From NCBI GenBank assembly GCA_963555995.3, contig OY821641.1:1152001-1216000 (forward strand): DNA of 64,000 nt. The letters are read 5' to 3'. This DNA is from Vicinamibacteria bacterium (GTDB lineage Bacteria; Acidobacteriota; Vicinamibacteria; Marinacidobacterales; Marinacidobacteraceae). Below, in pieces: positions 1 through 9,137 of this stretch; the stretch's first letter is position 1, and every line of letters starts with the position of its first letter. The notes under the pieces are model-generated. The model searched no databases. It was not told where the DNA came from and was given only the letters and a program-made list of their open reading frames with translations. Both the position numbers and the translations under genes were made by a program.

Positions 1-945
1 GTAGGGCGGGTTCGAGAGCATGAAGTCGAACTCGCGGGCGCCGAAGGCGTCGTTCGCGAGGGTGGAGTGCGCGGGGCCGCCCACGATGTTGTCGGCGGCG
101 GCGCCCTCGCCCTTGAGCAGCAGGTCCGCCTTGCAGATGGCGTAGGTCTCCGCGTTGATCTCCTGGCCGAAGAGGTGGGTGGAGACCTGCTTTCCGCGCG
201 CGGCGGCGAGCTCGTGCAGGGTCTCTTCCCCGACCGTCAGCATCCCCCCGGTGCCGCAGGCGCCGTCGTAGAGCAGGTAGGTGCCCGAAGCGATCCGGTC
301 GGCGACGGGGAGGAACACGAGCTTCGCCATCAGCCTGACGGCGTCGCGCGGGGTCCAGTGCTCTCCCGCCTCCTCGTTGTTCTCCTCGTTGAAGCGGCGC
401 ACCAGCTCCTCGAAGATGGACCCCATCCCGTGGTTGTCGAGGCCGGGATGCCGGAGGGAGCCGTCGCCGTTCCGCACCGGGTCGGGACCCAGGTTGATGT
501 CCGGCGAGGTCAGCTTCTCGATCAGCCCGCCCAGCGCGTCGCCGTCCGAGAGCCGGGGGATCTGGTTGCGGAACTCGAAGTTGTCGAGGATGTCCTGGAC
601 GTTCGGCGAGAACCCGTCGAGGTACGCCACGAAGTCGGCGCGGAGCCGCTGGCGGCTGGCGCGCGCCTTCAGGTCGCGCAGGGTGAACCGGGACGTGTTG
701 TAGAACGCCTGGCCGGCCGCCTGGCGGAGGGCCGGGTCCTGTTCGACGACCCCGACGGCGTCGAGCGACGCTTTCCGGTCGAGCACGGCCTGCTTCGTGT
801 CCTCCAGCACGGCGTCCAGCCGGCGGAGGACCGTTATCGGGAGGATCACGTCGCGGTACTTGCCCCGGACGTAGAGGTCGCGGAGGACGTCGTCGGCGAT
901 GCCCCAGATGTAGTTCGCGATCCAGTGCAGGTCGGCGCTCGTCAT
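1..945 (-). CDS. hsdM: Type I restriction-modification DNA methyltransferase subunit M (5' part; runs off window start)
   Basis: Manual minus-strand translation from ATG 945: MTSADLHWIANYIWGIADDVLRDLYVRGKYRDVILP..., GEHWTPRD, YDGACGTGGML (SAM motif I), ending FDFMLSNPPY (motif IV) at the window edge. Not in the ORF track because there is no stop inside the window. Confidence 0.93.
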   Translation of the reverse strand, partial: MTSADLHWIANYIWGIADDVLRDLYVRGKYRDVILPITVLRRLDAVLEDTKQAVLDRKASLDAVGVVEQDPALRQAAGQAFYNTSRFTLRDLKARASRQRLRADFVAYLDGFSPNVQDILDNFEFRNQIPRLSDGDALGGLIEKLTSPDINLGPDPVRNGDGSLRHPGLDNHGMGSIFEELVRRFNEENNEEAGEHWTPRDAVRLMAKLVFLPVADRIASGTYLLYDGACGTGGMLTVGEETLHELAAARGKQVSTHLFGQEINAETYAICKADLLLKGEGAAADNIVGGPAHSTLANDAFGAREFDFMLSNPPY

Positions 946-1037
946 TCGGTTGCTGGTCGGGGGAAGTCGGCGGCGGGAGGGTACCCGTCAGCTTGCACAC
1001 GCGGGCGTTTCGCGATTCCGCCCGCCTCTCGGCGGGC

Positions 1038-1560
1038 GATGCCGGCCGGGGGCCGGTGCTCCACTGCCGTCGCGCTGGACGCGGGTCGTCGTTGCGCCTT
1101 TCGCCTCGTTACGCGCCCCCACCGGGAGAAACCGTCATGTTCGGTCCTCCTGCACACCCCGCCGGGCAGGACAGTGCGGGCCGGGACGTTGAGGCCCGGG
1201 GTGGCAGGGACCGTTTGGAACGCCGGCTTCAGCCGGCACCGCCCGCCGCGGGCGGGCGGCGAGACGGACCTCATGCGCCGGGATGGCTCGGCTGCGAGCG
1301 CCCATGCACCCGGGGTAGCGACGAACCGCCTGCGGCCGTGCGGGCCGCTGTGCCGGCTGAAGCCGGCGTTCCAAGCCGTACGTGCCGTCAGCACGGATTC
1401 GTGGTGCGCGATTTCGCCGCGCTTTGCGCAGCGGTGCCGGCTAAAGCCGGCGTTCCAGGCTGGCGGCGCCGTCACGGCTGTTGGCCACCCCCGCAGGACT
1501 GCACCTTCACAGCAACTGGGGCGATGCCGGCCGGAGGCCGGCGCTCCGAACCGTTCGAGC
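1038..1560. repeat. Cluster of five REP-like palindromes (GGAA/GGAG-C-GCCGG...CCGGC)
   Basis: GGAACGCCGGCTTCAGCCGGCAC at 1217-1239, inverted copies at 1350-1372 and 1434-1456, variants at 1041-1062 and 1524-1547. Confidence 0.85.
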
Positions 1561-1564
1561 AGTT

Positions 1565-3211
1565 CTACCTTCTGACGATGTGCGGCAGCAGCGTCTCCCG
1601 GTCGAGGTCCGCGCGGCGGGCGATCCGGGGGGTGATCGTCAGGATGATGTCGGACTCCGTCAGGTTGTCGGAGTTCTGGCCGAACAGCCGGCCGATCACC
1701 GGCACGTCGGCGATTCCGGGAAGCCCGCTGAGGCTGGTCCGCTCTTCCTGGCGGATGAGGCCCGCGATCATGCTGGTCTCGCCGTTCCGGAGGCGCAGGG
1801 TCGTCTCCACGTTGCGGTTGCCGAAGGTCGGGAGTCCCGAGTAGCCGGTGCCGGACACGTTGTCGAGCCGCACCTTGAGGTCGAGCGTCACGCTGTCGTC
1901 GTGATGGATCCGGGGCGTGACCTCGATGCTGACGCCCACGACTTCGTACTCGAAGGTCGTGGTGGGCTGCTGCGCCAGGCCGCCGGTGGCGATGGGGGCG
2001 AAGGTGGTCACCGGGACCGGGACCCGCTCGCCGAAGTCGGCGAGCGCGGGCTTGCCGTCCGACGCCCGGAGCTGCGGGTTGGCGAGCACGTGGGTGTCGG
2101 TGTCCGAGCGGACCAGGTTCAGGATGGCGCCGGGGAGCCCCGCGACCTGGAGGCTGTCCCGGTCGTAGGGATTCTGGAGCACGGTGTCGAGGCGCGGGGT
2201 GAGCGCCACCGAGATGCCGTCGGTTCCGGCCGAAAGCAGGGGGATGCCGTACTGCTCGAGGTGGGTCCGGTTCACCTCCATGAGCTCGACGTCCACGATC
2301 ACCTCGCCGGGACTCCGGTCGAGCGCCTCGATGATGCGCTGCGCCGAGCGGACCTGTTCCCAGGTGTCCACCAGCGTGATCGAGTTCGTCCCCGCGTGCT
2401 GGGCGACCTGGCGGAGCCCCAGCACGATGCGCAGCGTGTCCGTGGTCTGCGTGAGGTCCGCCGAGGAGAGGTAGAAGGTCTGCGCGACCTGCTGTTCGTA
2501 CTGGAGCCGCTTGTTCTGGGTGTCCGGGACGATGGTGATGAGGTGGGGCGACTCGACCCGGAAGAAGTGTCCGGTGGTCTCGGTGAGGCTGCGGATGGCG
2601 TCCTCGAAGGTGGAGTCCTCCGCCTCGATGGAGACCGTCCGGTCCGCGAAGTCCTCGTCGAAGGCGACGTTGACCCCGGCGATCTCGCCCAGCGTCAGCA
2701 GGACGTAGCGAAGGCTCGCGTCCCGGAAGACGAAGCTCGCTGGCGCGCGGGCGTCCTCCGGCACGTCGAGGCCGAGGGGCCGCGTCAGGGCCTCCTCCTT
2801 GAGCTCGGCGAGGGTCAGCGCGCGCGCTTCCTCGGCCTGGTCCCGGACCGCCTCCTGGATGACCGCGAGGCGCTCCTGGTAGGAGGTCTCCTCGGGCGCC
2901 AGGATGATGGCCGCCCGGAGGGCGTCCTCCGCCGCGCCGTAGTCCTTCAGGGCCGCGAGGCGCTCCGCCTCCTTCGCCTGCCCCTCGGCCGCCCGCAGCT
3001 TGGCGCGGGTCAGCGAGAGCCGGGCCGCCGCATCGGAGGGGTCCTCGGCCACCGCCCGGGCGTAGTGGACCACCGCGTCGTCGTAGCGGCCCATCCGTTC
3101 CGCCGTCTCGCCCGCCGTGAAGTGACGGCTCGTGGCGCAGCCGGCGAGGCCGGCGGCGAGGAGGAGCGCCGCGACGGGGAAGCCTCGCGGGTTCCCTCCG
3201 GGGAACGTCAT
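1565..3211 (-). CDS. Lipoprotein secretin (GspD/PilQ-like) with N-terminal TPR region
   Basis: Start MTFPGG... overlaps the lolA stop (ATGA). Lipobox LAGC, TPR-like helices, N-domain, secretin core VLANPQLRASDG, GVSIEVTPRIH, GETSMIAGLI, LPGIADVPVIGRLFG, ILTITPRI. Confidence 0.88.
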   Translation of the reverse strand: MTFPGGNPRGFPVAALLLAAGLAGCATSRHFTAGETAERMGRYDDAVVHYARAVAEDPSDAAARLSLTRAKLRAAEGQAKEAERLAALKDYGAAEDALRAAIILAPEETSYQERLAVIQEAVRDQAEEARALTLAELKEEALTRPLGLDVPEDARAPASFVFRDASLRYVLLTLGEIAGVNVAFDEDFADRTVSIEAEDSTFEDAIRSLTETTGHFFRVESPHLITIVPDTQNKRLQYEQQVAQTFYLSSADLTQTTDTLRIVLGLRQVAQHAGTNSITLVDTWEQVRSAQRIIEALDRSPGEVIVDVELMEVNRTHLEQYGIPLLSAGTDGISVALTPRLDTVLQNPYDRDSLQVAGLPGAILNLVRSDTDTHVLANPQLRASDGKPALADFGERVPVPVTTFAPIATGGLAQQPTTTFEYEVVGVSIEVTPRIHHDDSVTLDLKVRLDNVSGTGYSGLPTFGNRNVETTLRLRNGETSMIAGLIRQEERTSLSGLPGIADVPVIGRLFGQNSDNLTESDIILTITPRIARRADLDRETLLPHIVRR

Positions 3212-3939
3212 GGGCGGAGGTCCGATGCGGTCACCACGTCCGTCCCCGGTGGGATCGTGAAGGTGAACAGCGAGTCGTCGGGGGAGGTTCCGAACCGGAA
3301 GTCGGTGAAGCGGAACGTCGTCCGGTTCCCTTCCGGGTCTTCCGACTCGATCCCCTGGATCAGGCCGCTCTCGGCGTGGACCGTGAGCGACAGCGAGGTG
3401 ATTTCCCCGTTCGTCCGCCGCGGGACGAGCGCCACCGCGCGCAGGCCGGGGCCCGGCGGCTCGCTCCCGAGCAGCGCGTCGAAGTGATCGAGGATGGTGG
3501 CGTCCCCGGTCAGGAATTCGAGGGGGTTCAGTCCTCCGGCTTCCCCGTCGTTCCCCTGGCCGTCGCTGCCGAAGGCGCCCACCACGACCTGCTGGTCGGC
3601 GGGTACGTGGAACCAGGTGCTCTGCCCGTCGCTGACGAAGACCTTCGGCTCGGGCGCCTCGTAGTCCCAGCGCATCCGGGCCGGCCGCTTGACCGTCAAC
3701 CGCCCAGTCTCCACCCGGTCGCGCCCGAAGATGCGCGGGGAGAACCGCTGCTCGAAGCGCGCTTCGAAGTGGGGCAGGGACTGGTGGTACGCCTCGACGC
3801 GTTCGATGAGGGCCGCCGCTTCCGGGTCGGGCGCGGGTCGCCAAGACGGCGCGTTTCCCGGTCCGGCCGACGCCAACACGGCCAGACCGAACAGGACGAC
3901 AGCGAGGGGGAGGATCCGCAACCAAACGGTTCGTCGCAT
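3208..3939 (-). CDS. lolA: Outer-membrane lipoprotein carrier protein LolA
   Basis: Signal peptide followed by FEARFEQ, GRLTVKRPARMRWDY, FVSDGQSTWFHVP, LFTFTIPPGTDVV. Confidence 0.88.
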   Translation of the reverse strand: MRRTVWLRILPLAVVLFGLAVLASAGPGNAPSWRPAPDPEAAALIERVEAYHQSLPHFEARFEQRFSPRIFGRDRVETGRLTVKRPARMRWDYEAPEPKVFVSDGQSTWFHVPADQQVVVGAFGSDGQGNDGEAGGLNPLEFLTGDATILDHFDALLGSEPPGPGLRAVALVPRRTNGEITSLSLTVHAESGLIQGIESEDPEGNRTTFRFTDFRFGTSPDDSLFTFTIPPGTDVVTASDLRP

Positions 3940-3957
3940 GTTGGACTTCCCTCCCGG

Positions 3958-4033
3958 TGGTGGACGGCACGGGGATCGAACCCGTGACCTCGGCATTGCG
4001 AACGCCGCGCTCTCCCAGCTGAGCTAGCCGCCC
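3958..4033 (-). tRNA. tRNA-Ala (anticodon CGC)
   Basis: Reverse complement GGGCGGCTAGCTCAGCTGGGAGAGCGCGGCGTTCGCAATGCCGAGGTCACGGGTTCGATCCCCGTGCCGTCCACCA: 76 nt, G3:U70 Ala identity pair, anticodon loop TT-CGC-AA, TTCGA T-loop, encoded CCA. Confidence 0.95.
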
Positions 4034-4054
4034 CCGGTGGATGGATTTTCTTCA

Positions 4055-4060
4055 AGTATA
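4055..4060 (-). promoter_or_regulatory. Putative -10 element (TATACT) for tRNA-Ala/lolA/secretin
   Basis: TATACT in a short AT-rich island 21 nt upstream of the tRNA; no convincing -35. Confidence 0.45.
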
Positions 4061-4114
4061 ACTTGACGCTGAGGCGCTGCTGTCCACACACGGCGCGGCG
4101 CGCATGTCCGCCGG

Positions 4115-4434
4115 GTTTGCTGTGAAAGTGCAGTCTGGGCGAAGGGTCAACCAGCGTGGGCTGCGCCGCCTGCTGGGAGCGCCGGTCTTCAGACCGGCAC
4201 GCGCTGCACGACAGCGCAGCGCACGGCACGACGCGGGCCGGCGCGGTGGCGCTCTGCTCGCGGTTCATCACCGCAAGCAGCGACACGACATCCGCGGGCC
4301 TTCGGCCCGCTGTGCCGCTCTGAAGAGCGGCGCTCCCAGCCGTCTTCGCTGTTTCATGCCCGACGGGGTGTGCAGGAGGACCGATCATGCCTGTTTCGCG
4401 TTCCCGCGCGTGCCGGTCTGGAGACCGGCGTTCC
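4115..4434. repeat. Composite REP-bounded repeat (copy 1; homologues at 19120-19290 and 57530-57755)
   Basis: GGAGCGCCGGTCTTCAGACCGGCAC ... GCGACACGACATCCGCGGGCCTTCGGCCCGC ... GTGCCGCTCTGAAGAGCGGCGCTCC, plus another REP at 4410-4434. Confidence 0.88.
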
Positions 4435-4460
4435 AGGCCGGCGCGCGATCCGGGCTGCGG

Positions 4461-5561
4461 TTAGCCGGAGGTCTGGGGCTCCGGACGGATCGCCGCCTGG
4501 CGCAGGGCGTGGTCGGCGAGGACGAGGCAGGCCATGGCTTCCACGATGGGGACGGCGCGGGGGAGGACGCACGGGTCGTGGCGGCCCCTGGCTTCGAGGG
4601 TGACTTCCTTGCCCTCGGAGTCCACGGTCCGCTGGGCCTTCCCGATGGTCGAGGTCGGCTTGAACGCCACCCGGAAGACGATCGGCATCCCGGTCGAGAT
4701 GCCGCCGAGCACGCCGCCCGCGCGGTTCGTCTCGGTCGTCGTCGCTCCGTCCTTCATCACGAAGCGGTCATTGTGCTCGCTTCCGAAGAGGCGGGTGCCG
4801 GCGAACCCGGAGCCGATCTCGAAGCCCTTGCTGGCGTTGATCGCCAGCATGGCCTTCGCGAGGTCGCTCTCCAGCTTGTCGAAGACCGGTTCCCCGAGCC
4901 CGGGAGGGACGCCGCGCACGGAACACTCGACGACCCCGCCGAGCGAGTCGCGGGCGTCCCGCGTCCGCTCGATGAGCTCCACCATGCGGGCAGCGGCCTC
5001 GGGGTCCGGACAGCGGACCGGCGTCTCCTCCACCGCGGCGCGGGTCACGGTCTCCGGAGCCACGTCGGCCTCGATGTCCTTGGTCCGCTTCACGTACGCG
5101 GTGCACTCGACCCCGAAGCGCTCCTCGAGGAACCGCCGGGCGACCGCGCCCGCGGCGACGTGTCCCACCGTGACGCGGGCCGAGGAGCGGCCGCCGCCGC
5201 TCGGGTCGCGGATCCCGTACTTCGCCTCGAACGTGTAATCGGCGTGACTCGGCCGATAGACGGTCTTGAGCGCCTCGTAGTCGCTGGGCCGGGCGTCCTC
5301 GTTGCGGACCACCATCGCGATGGGGTGACCGGTCGTCCGGCCGGCGATCACTCCCGACTCGATGGCCACCCGGTCCGCCTCCCGGCGCGGGGTGGTGAGC
5401 CCGCTCTGGCCGGGACGCCGGCGGTCGAGCTCCGCCTGCACGTCGCCTTCGGCGAGCGGGATGCGCGGCGGGCAGCCGTCCACCACCACCCCGATGGCGG
5501 GGCCGTGCGACTCGCCCCAGGTCGTCACCCGGAAGGCCTGGCCGAGCGAGCTACCGGGCAT
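4461..5561 (-). CDS. aroC: Chorismate synthase
   Basis: [37 protein letters not shown] signatures. Confidence 0.97.
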   Translation of the reverse strand: MPGSSLGQAFRVTTWGESHGPAIGVVVDGCPPRIPLAEGDVQAELDRRRPGQSGLTTPRREADRVAIESGVIAGRTTGHPIAMVVRNEDARPSDYEALKTVYRPSHADYTFEAKYGIRDPSGGGRSSARVTVGHVAAGAVARRFLEERFGVECTAYVKRTKDIEADVAPETVTRAAVEETPVRCPDPEAAARMVELIERTRDARDSLGGVVECSVRGVPPGLGEPVFDKLESDLAKAMLAINASKGFEIGSGFAGTRLFGSEHNDRFVMKDGATTTETNRAGGVLGGISTGMPIVFRVAFKPTSTIGKAQRTVDSEGKEVTLEARGRHDPCVLPRAVPIVEAMACLVLADHALRQAAIRPEPQTSG

Positions 5562-7626
5562 CGCGAGCCCTCCGGGCGGCGTCCGCCATGGCCTCGACCG
5601 GCGCCGGCCGGCCGGTCCAGCGCTCGAAGGCGGCGGCCGCCTGCAGGATGAGCATGCGGAGTCCGGGGACGGTCCGTTTCCCCATCCCGGCCGCCTTCCG
5701 GAGGAGCGGGGTCCGCTCGGGGTGGAACACCAGGTCGAAGATCACCTCGTGGGCGGCGATCGCGGCGTCGGGGGCGGGGCAGCCGTCGTGGTCGGGCGCC
5801 ATCCCGACCGGGGTGGTGTTGATCAGGATGTCCCCCTCGATCCGTTCCAGCGCGGCGCGCGGGGCGTGCCCCACTCCCATTTCGCCGGCGAGCGCCGCCG
5901 CCTTCCGGTCGTCCCGCGAGACCACCACCGCGTCCGCGCCGCTCCGGGCCAGACCGTGGAGGACGGCCCGCGCCGAGCCGCCCGCCCCGAGCACGGTGGC
6001 GCGCCGGCCGGGCAGCGCGACCGCTTCCTCGAGCGAGCGGACGGCGCCCGTCCAGTCGGTGTTGGCGCCCCCGAGTCCGCCGTGCATCGGGATGATGGTA
6101 TTCACCGCGCCGATCCGGCGCGCGTCGTCGTCGAGCGAATCGAGCAGCGGCAGGACGGCGCGCTTGTGGGGAATCGTCACGTTCAGCCCGCCCACCCCGC
6201 TGAGGCGCGCCGCCGTCAGGAAGTCCGCGAGTTCCGCCGGGGGAACGGCGAACGCGAGGTAGGCGGCCTCGATGCCCAGCCGCCGGAAGGCCGCCTCGTG
6301 CATCGGGGGACTGAGGCTCTGCCCGATCGGATTTCCCACGACGCCGTAGACCGGGACGGGCGCGGCAAGCCGGCGTCCCCAGCGGCGGTGGCGCGAACGG
6401 GTTTCCTGCGCCGTGAGCTGCCCGCGGGCGACCGCGGGCAGCCCTTCCGGCGGCGCATAGCTGGCGAGCGCGGCGCCGGCCGAACCCGCGATGACCCTGA
6501 GCGCCCTCCCCGCCGCCCCCATGGCGATCCCGATGAAGGGGACGTCTTCGGAACCCTGACTCCGGATCAGCGAATGGACCCGCTGCACGTCGCCCCAGCC
6601 GGCAGCGGAGACCGCCACCTTGGCGATGGCCGGTTGCATCGAGGCCATCCGGCCCGGAAGCGCTTCGAGGTCCGGCGGTACGCCGTCCGGATCGTGGAAC
6701 GACGCGACCAGCCGGGCATCCGGCGCGGTCCGGCGCAGCCGGCGGGCGGCGGCGCCGCCGCTCTCCCGGAACGCCTCGAACTCGAGGTCCAGGTAGGCCG
6801 CGCCGAGCCGTCCCGCCTCGCCCAGGAGGCGGAGGCGCTCGTCCTCGCTTCCGGCGAAGCGGCCGCCCTCGCTCCCCCGCCGGACGGTTGCGATCATCCG
6901 CGCAAGGAGCGACCCCGGAAGGTCCGCAAAGATCCGGCCGAGCTCGGCCGTCCCGGGGGTTTCGAGACCGTCGAGCCGCAGCTCGATCAGATCCAGCGGC
7001 CCGCTCGCCGCGTCCGCGGTGGCGAGCCCCGCGCGCACTTCGGATGCGGCGCCGCCGGTCACGACCAGGGCGAGAGGAGGGCCGAAATGGGCGGCCAGCA
7101 GCGTCTCGACCGCTTCCGCGATCGCCTCCCGGTCCGAGGCGGTGCTCCAGGCGTCCGCTTCCGCAGCTTCCCGGTAGAGCGGGGTACGGCGTTCCAGCAC
7201 GAGCGCCACTTCCTCGGCGGGGGGGACTCCCCCCACCAGCGCCGGGCGGCGCTTCGCGTGTTTCGGACGGGAGAGCCTCTCCCGAAGTACCGCCGCCGGG
7301 GCCCGGACCCAGTACACGGTTCCGAGTTCCCGCAGCCGCGAGAGGTTTTGCGGCGTCTCGACAATTCCCCCGCCGCAGTCCACGATGAGCTGCTCGCCAG
7401 TGAGCCCCCGGAGGACCGCGCTCTCTTCTTCCCGGAATCGCTCCCAGCCGAATTGCGCGACGAACTCCGGGATCGGGCCGACGCGGGTCTCCAGCAGTTC
7501 GTCGGTGCTGACCCGTGTCCAGCCGGTCCGCTTCGCGAGCCGCCGGGAGGCGCGGCTTTTCCCCGACGCGCGGGCGCCGATCAGGACGACGTTCGGGAAA
7601 CGGACGGCCGGGCCGGACGGGGTCAT
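5551..7626 (-). CDS. Trifunctional shikimate kinase / type I 3-dehydroquinate dehydratase / shikimate dehydrogenase (AroK-AroD-AroE fusion)
   Basis: Kinase: [21 protein letters not shown]. DHQase I: [34 protein letters not shown]: [37 protein letters not shown]. Confidence 0.92.
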   Translation of the reverse strand: MTPSGPAVRFPNVVLIGARASGKSRASRRLAKRTGWTRVSTDELLETRVGPIPEFVAQFGWERFREEESAVLRGLTGEQLIVDCGGGIVETPQNLSRLRELGTVYWVRAPAAVLRERLSRPKHAKRRPALVGGVPPAEEVALVLERRTPLYREAAEADAWSTASDREAIAEAVETLLAAHFGPPLALVVTGGAASEVRAGLATADAASGPLDLIELRLDGLETPGTAELGRIFADLPGSLLARMIATVRRGSEGGRFAGSEDERLRLLGEAGRLGAAYLDLEFEAFRESGGAAARRLRRTAPDARLVASFHDPDGVPPDLEALPGRMASMQPAIAKVAVSAAGWGDVQRVHSLIRSQGSEDVPFIGIAMGAAGRALRVIAGSAGAALASYAPPEGLPAVARGQLTAQETRSRHRRWGRRLAAPVPVYGVVGNPIGQSLSPPMHEAAFRRLGIEAAYLAFAVPPAELADFLTAARLSGVGGLNVTIPHKRAVLPLLDSLDDDARRIGAVNTIIPMHGGLGGANTDWTGAVRSLEEAVALPGRRATVLGAGGSARAVLHGLARSGADAVVVSRDDRKAAALAGEMGVGHAPRAALERIEGDILINTTPVGMAPDHDGCPAPDAAIAAHEVIFDLVFHPERTPLLRKAAGMGKRTVPGLRMLILQAAAAFERWTGRPAPVEAMADAARRARDAR

Positions 7627-7629
7627 CAA

Positions 7630-7808
7630 CAGTCTGTGGAGAAAGTGACGCGGGCACCGAGAGCGGCGAGGCGCCCGGCTGACGAGGCGCGCGAGGGAGG
7701 AATACCGAGTGTATTCCGACCGAAACGCAACGATGAGGGCCGCGTAGCGGCGCGTTTCAGCCGGGATGGATCGCCGCTCGAATGCCGGGTGACTTTTTTC
7801 ACAGGCTG
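7630..7808. mobile_element. 179-bp MITE-like element (copy 1)
   Basis: Imperfect terminal inverted repeats CAGTCTGTGGAGAAAGTGAC / GTGACTTTTTTCACAGGCTG and internal hairpin GGAATACCGAGTGTATTCC. Homologous to 22907-23175 and 40760-40938; no transposase. Confidence 0.82.
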
Positions 7809-9137
7809 TTAGGTGTTCTCCCCGCCGGACACCCGGACCCCGAGTCGGGCCAGCGCGCCCCAGAACCCCGGGAACGACTTGGCCACCACCTCGGGAGTCC
7901 GGACCCGGACGCCCGGAACGCGGAGTCCGGTAAGCGCCGCCGCCATCGCGATCCGGTGGTCGCCGTGCGCATCGAGAGCCGCCGCCCGGAGGGACGCCCC
8001 GCCCGCCGGCGGTTCGATGACGAGGCCGTCGTCCGTCGCGGCCGCCCGCGCGCCGAGACGCCTGAGCCCGTCCGCGAGGGCGGCGATCCGGTCGCTCTCC
8101 TTGTGCCGCAGGTGCCCGATTCCCTGAATCCGGGTGGCCCCCTCCGCGAACGCCGCGACCGCCGCCAGCGTCGGCGCGGCGTCGGGCATCGAGCGCATGT
8201 CCGCCGAGACGCCGCGGAGGCGGGCAGGGCCGGTGACCGTCACCCGCACCCCTTCCTCCGACGCGGCTTCCGAGACCTCGCAGCCCATGCGGCGGAGGAC
8301 CTCCGGGAAGCGGCGTTCGCCCTGCGGCGACTCCGGGTCGAGGCCGTCCACCGAGACGCGGCCCGGCGCCAGGGCGGCCGCCGCGAGGAAGTAGCCGGCC
8401 GAGGTCCAGTCTCCCGAGATCCGGTGGTCGCCCGGCCGGTAGCGCGCCCCGGCCGTCACCCGGTACCGGCCCGGTCCGGGCCGCTCGACCTTCACGCCGC
8501 AGCGGGCCATCACGCTCACGGTCAGGTCGAGATAGGAGGCCGACACCGGATCGCCTTCCAGCTCGACCGCGACCGCCCCGGCGGCGCGGGGGGCGGCGAG
8601 GAGCAGGCCGCTCGCGAACTGGCTGCTCTCGGTAGCCGGGACGGAGGCGGCGCCGCCGTCCAGCCGGCCCGAGCGGACCGTGAGCGGCGCGAAACCCCCG
8701 GTGGTCTCGATGTCCGCGCCGAGCGCGCCGAGCGCCGCCACCAGGCCCGCGACCGGCCGCTCCCGGATCCGTCCGGCCCCGGTGATGGTGATGGATCCCG
8801 GCACGGTGGCCGCCGCCGCGGTGAGAAAGCGCAGCAGCGTCCCCGATTCGCCGACCGAGACCTGCGTGGGGCTTCCGGGATCGGAAGGGGACGCCGGACT
8901 CGCGTGGCCGGGGACCCCCCGCACCTCGACGCGGTCCCCGCGACGGGCCGCACGGCCGCCCAGCGCGCCGACCGCCGCGATGGCGGCCCGGATGTCTTCC
9001 CCCTCCGGCAGGCCCGCGAGGCGGGTCGTCCCCTCGGTGAGGGCGGCGGCGATCAGGAACCGGTTCGCCTCGTACTTGCTGCCGGGGACCCGGACCGCGG
9101 CGTCGAGCGGCGCCGGCCCGGGGGCGATCTCGATCAA
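7809..9137 (-). CDS. aroA: 3-phosphoshikimate 1-carboxyvinyltransferase (EPSP synthase)
   Basis: PGSK, GESGT, SSQFASGLLL, LRHKESDRI, DHRIAM, KSFPGF; TTG start overlapping the aroB stop. Confidence 0.95.
   Translation of the reverse strand: MIEIAPGPAPLDAAVRVPGSKYEANRFLIAAALTEGTTRLAGLPEGEDIRAAIAAVGALGGRAARRGDRVEVRGVPGHASPASPSDPGSPTQVSVGESGTLLRFLTAAAATVPGSITITGAGRIRERPVAGLVAALGALGADIETTGGFAPLTVRSGRLDGGAASVPATESSQFASGLLLAAPRAAGAVAVELEGDPVSASYLDLTVSVMARCGVKVERPGPGRYRVTAGARYRPGDHRISGDWTSAGYFLAAAALAPGRVSVDGLDPESPQGERRFPEVLRRMGCEVSEAASEEGVRVTVTGPARLRGVSADMRSMPDAAPTLAAVAAFAEGATRIQGIGHLRHKESDRIAALADGLRRLGARAAATDDGLVIEPPAGGASLRAAALDAHGDHRIAMAAALTGLRVPGVRVRTPEVVAKSFPGFWGALARLGVRVSGGENT

Noticed and set aside
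1217-1456. Possible CRISPR array (23-25 bp palindromic repeats with spacers)
   Set aside because: Copies alternate in orientation, spacing is irregular, 'spacers' recur elsewhere, and there are no cas genes. Better explained as REPs.
942-1475. ORFs with repeated WNAGFSRH / CRSEDRRS / WRPAFQ peptides
   Set aside because: These are translations of REP palindromes, not protein repeats.
67-1575. 502-aa plus-strand ORF and the other very long antisense or alternate-frame ORFs (e.g. 12127-15504, 19527-22847, 44087-47911, 54534-57635)
   Set aside because: Shadow ORFs typical of high-GC DNA. They lie opposite or out of frame to recognisable genes, are Arg/Gly/Pro-rich and carry no motifs.
3958-4033. 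tRNA as attB of an island carrying hsdM
   Set aside because: No duplicated tRNA 3' end and no integrase in the window; lolA follows directly.
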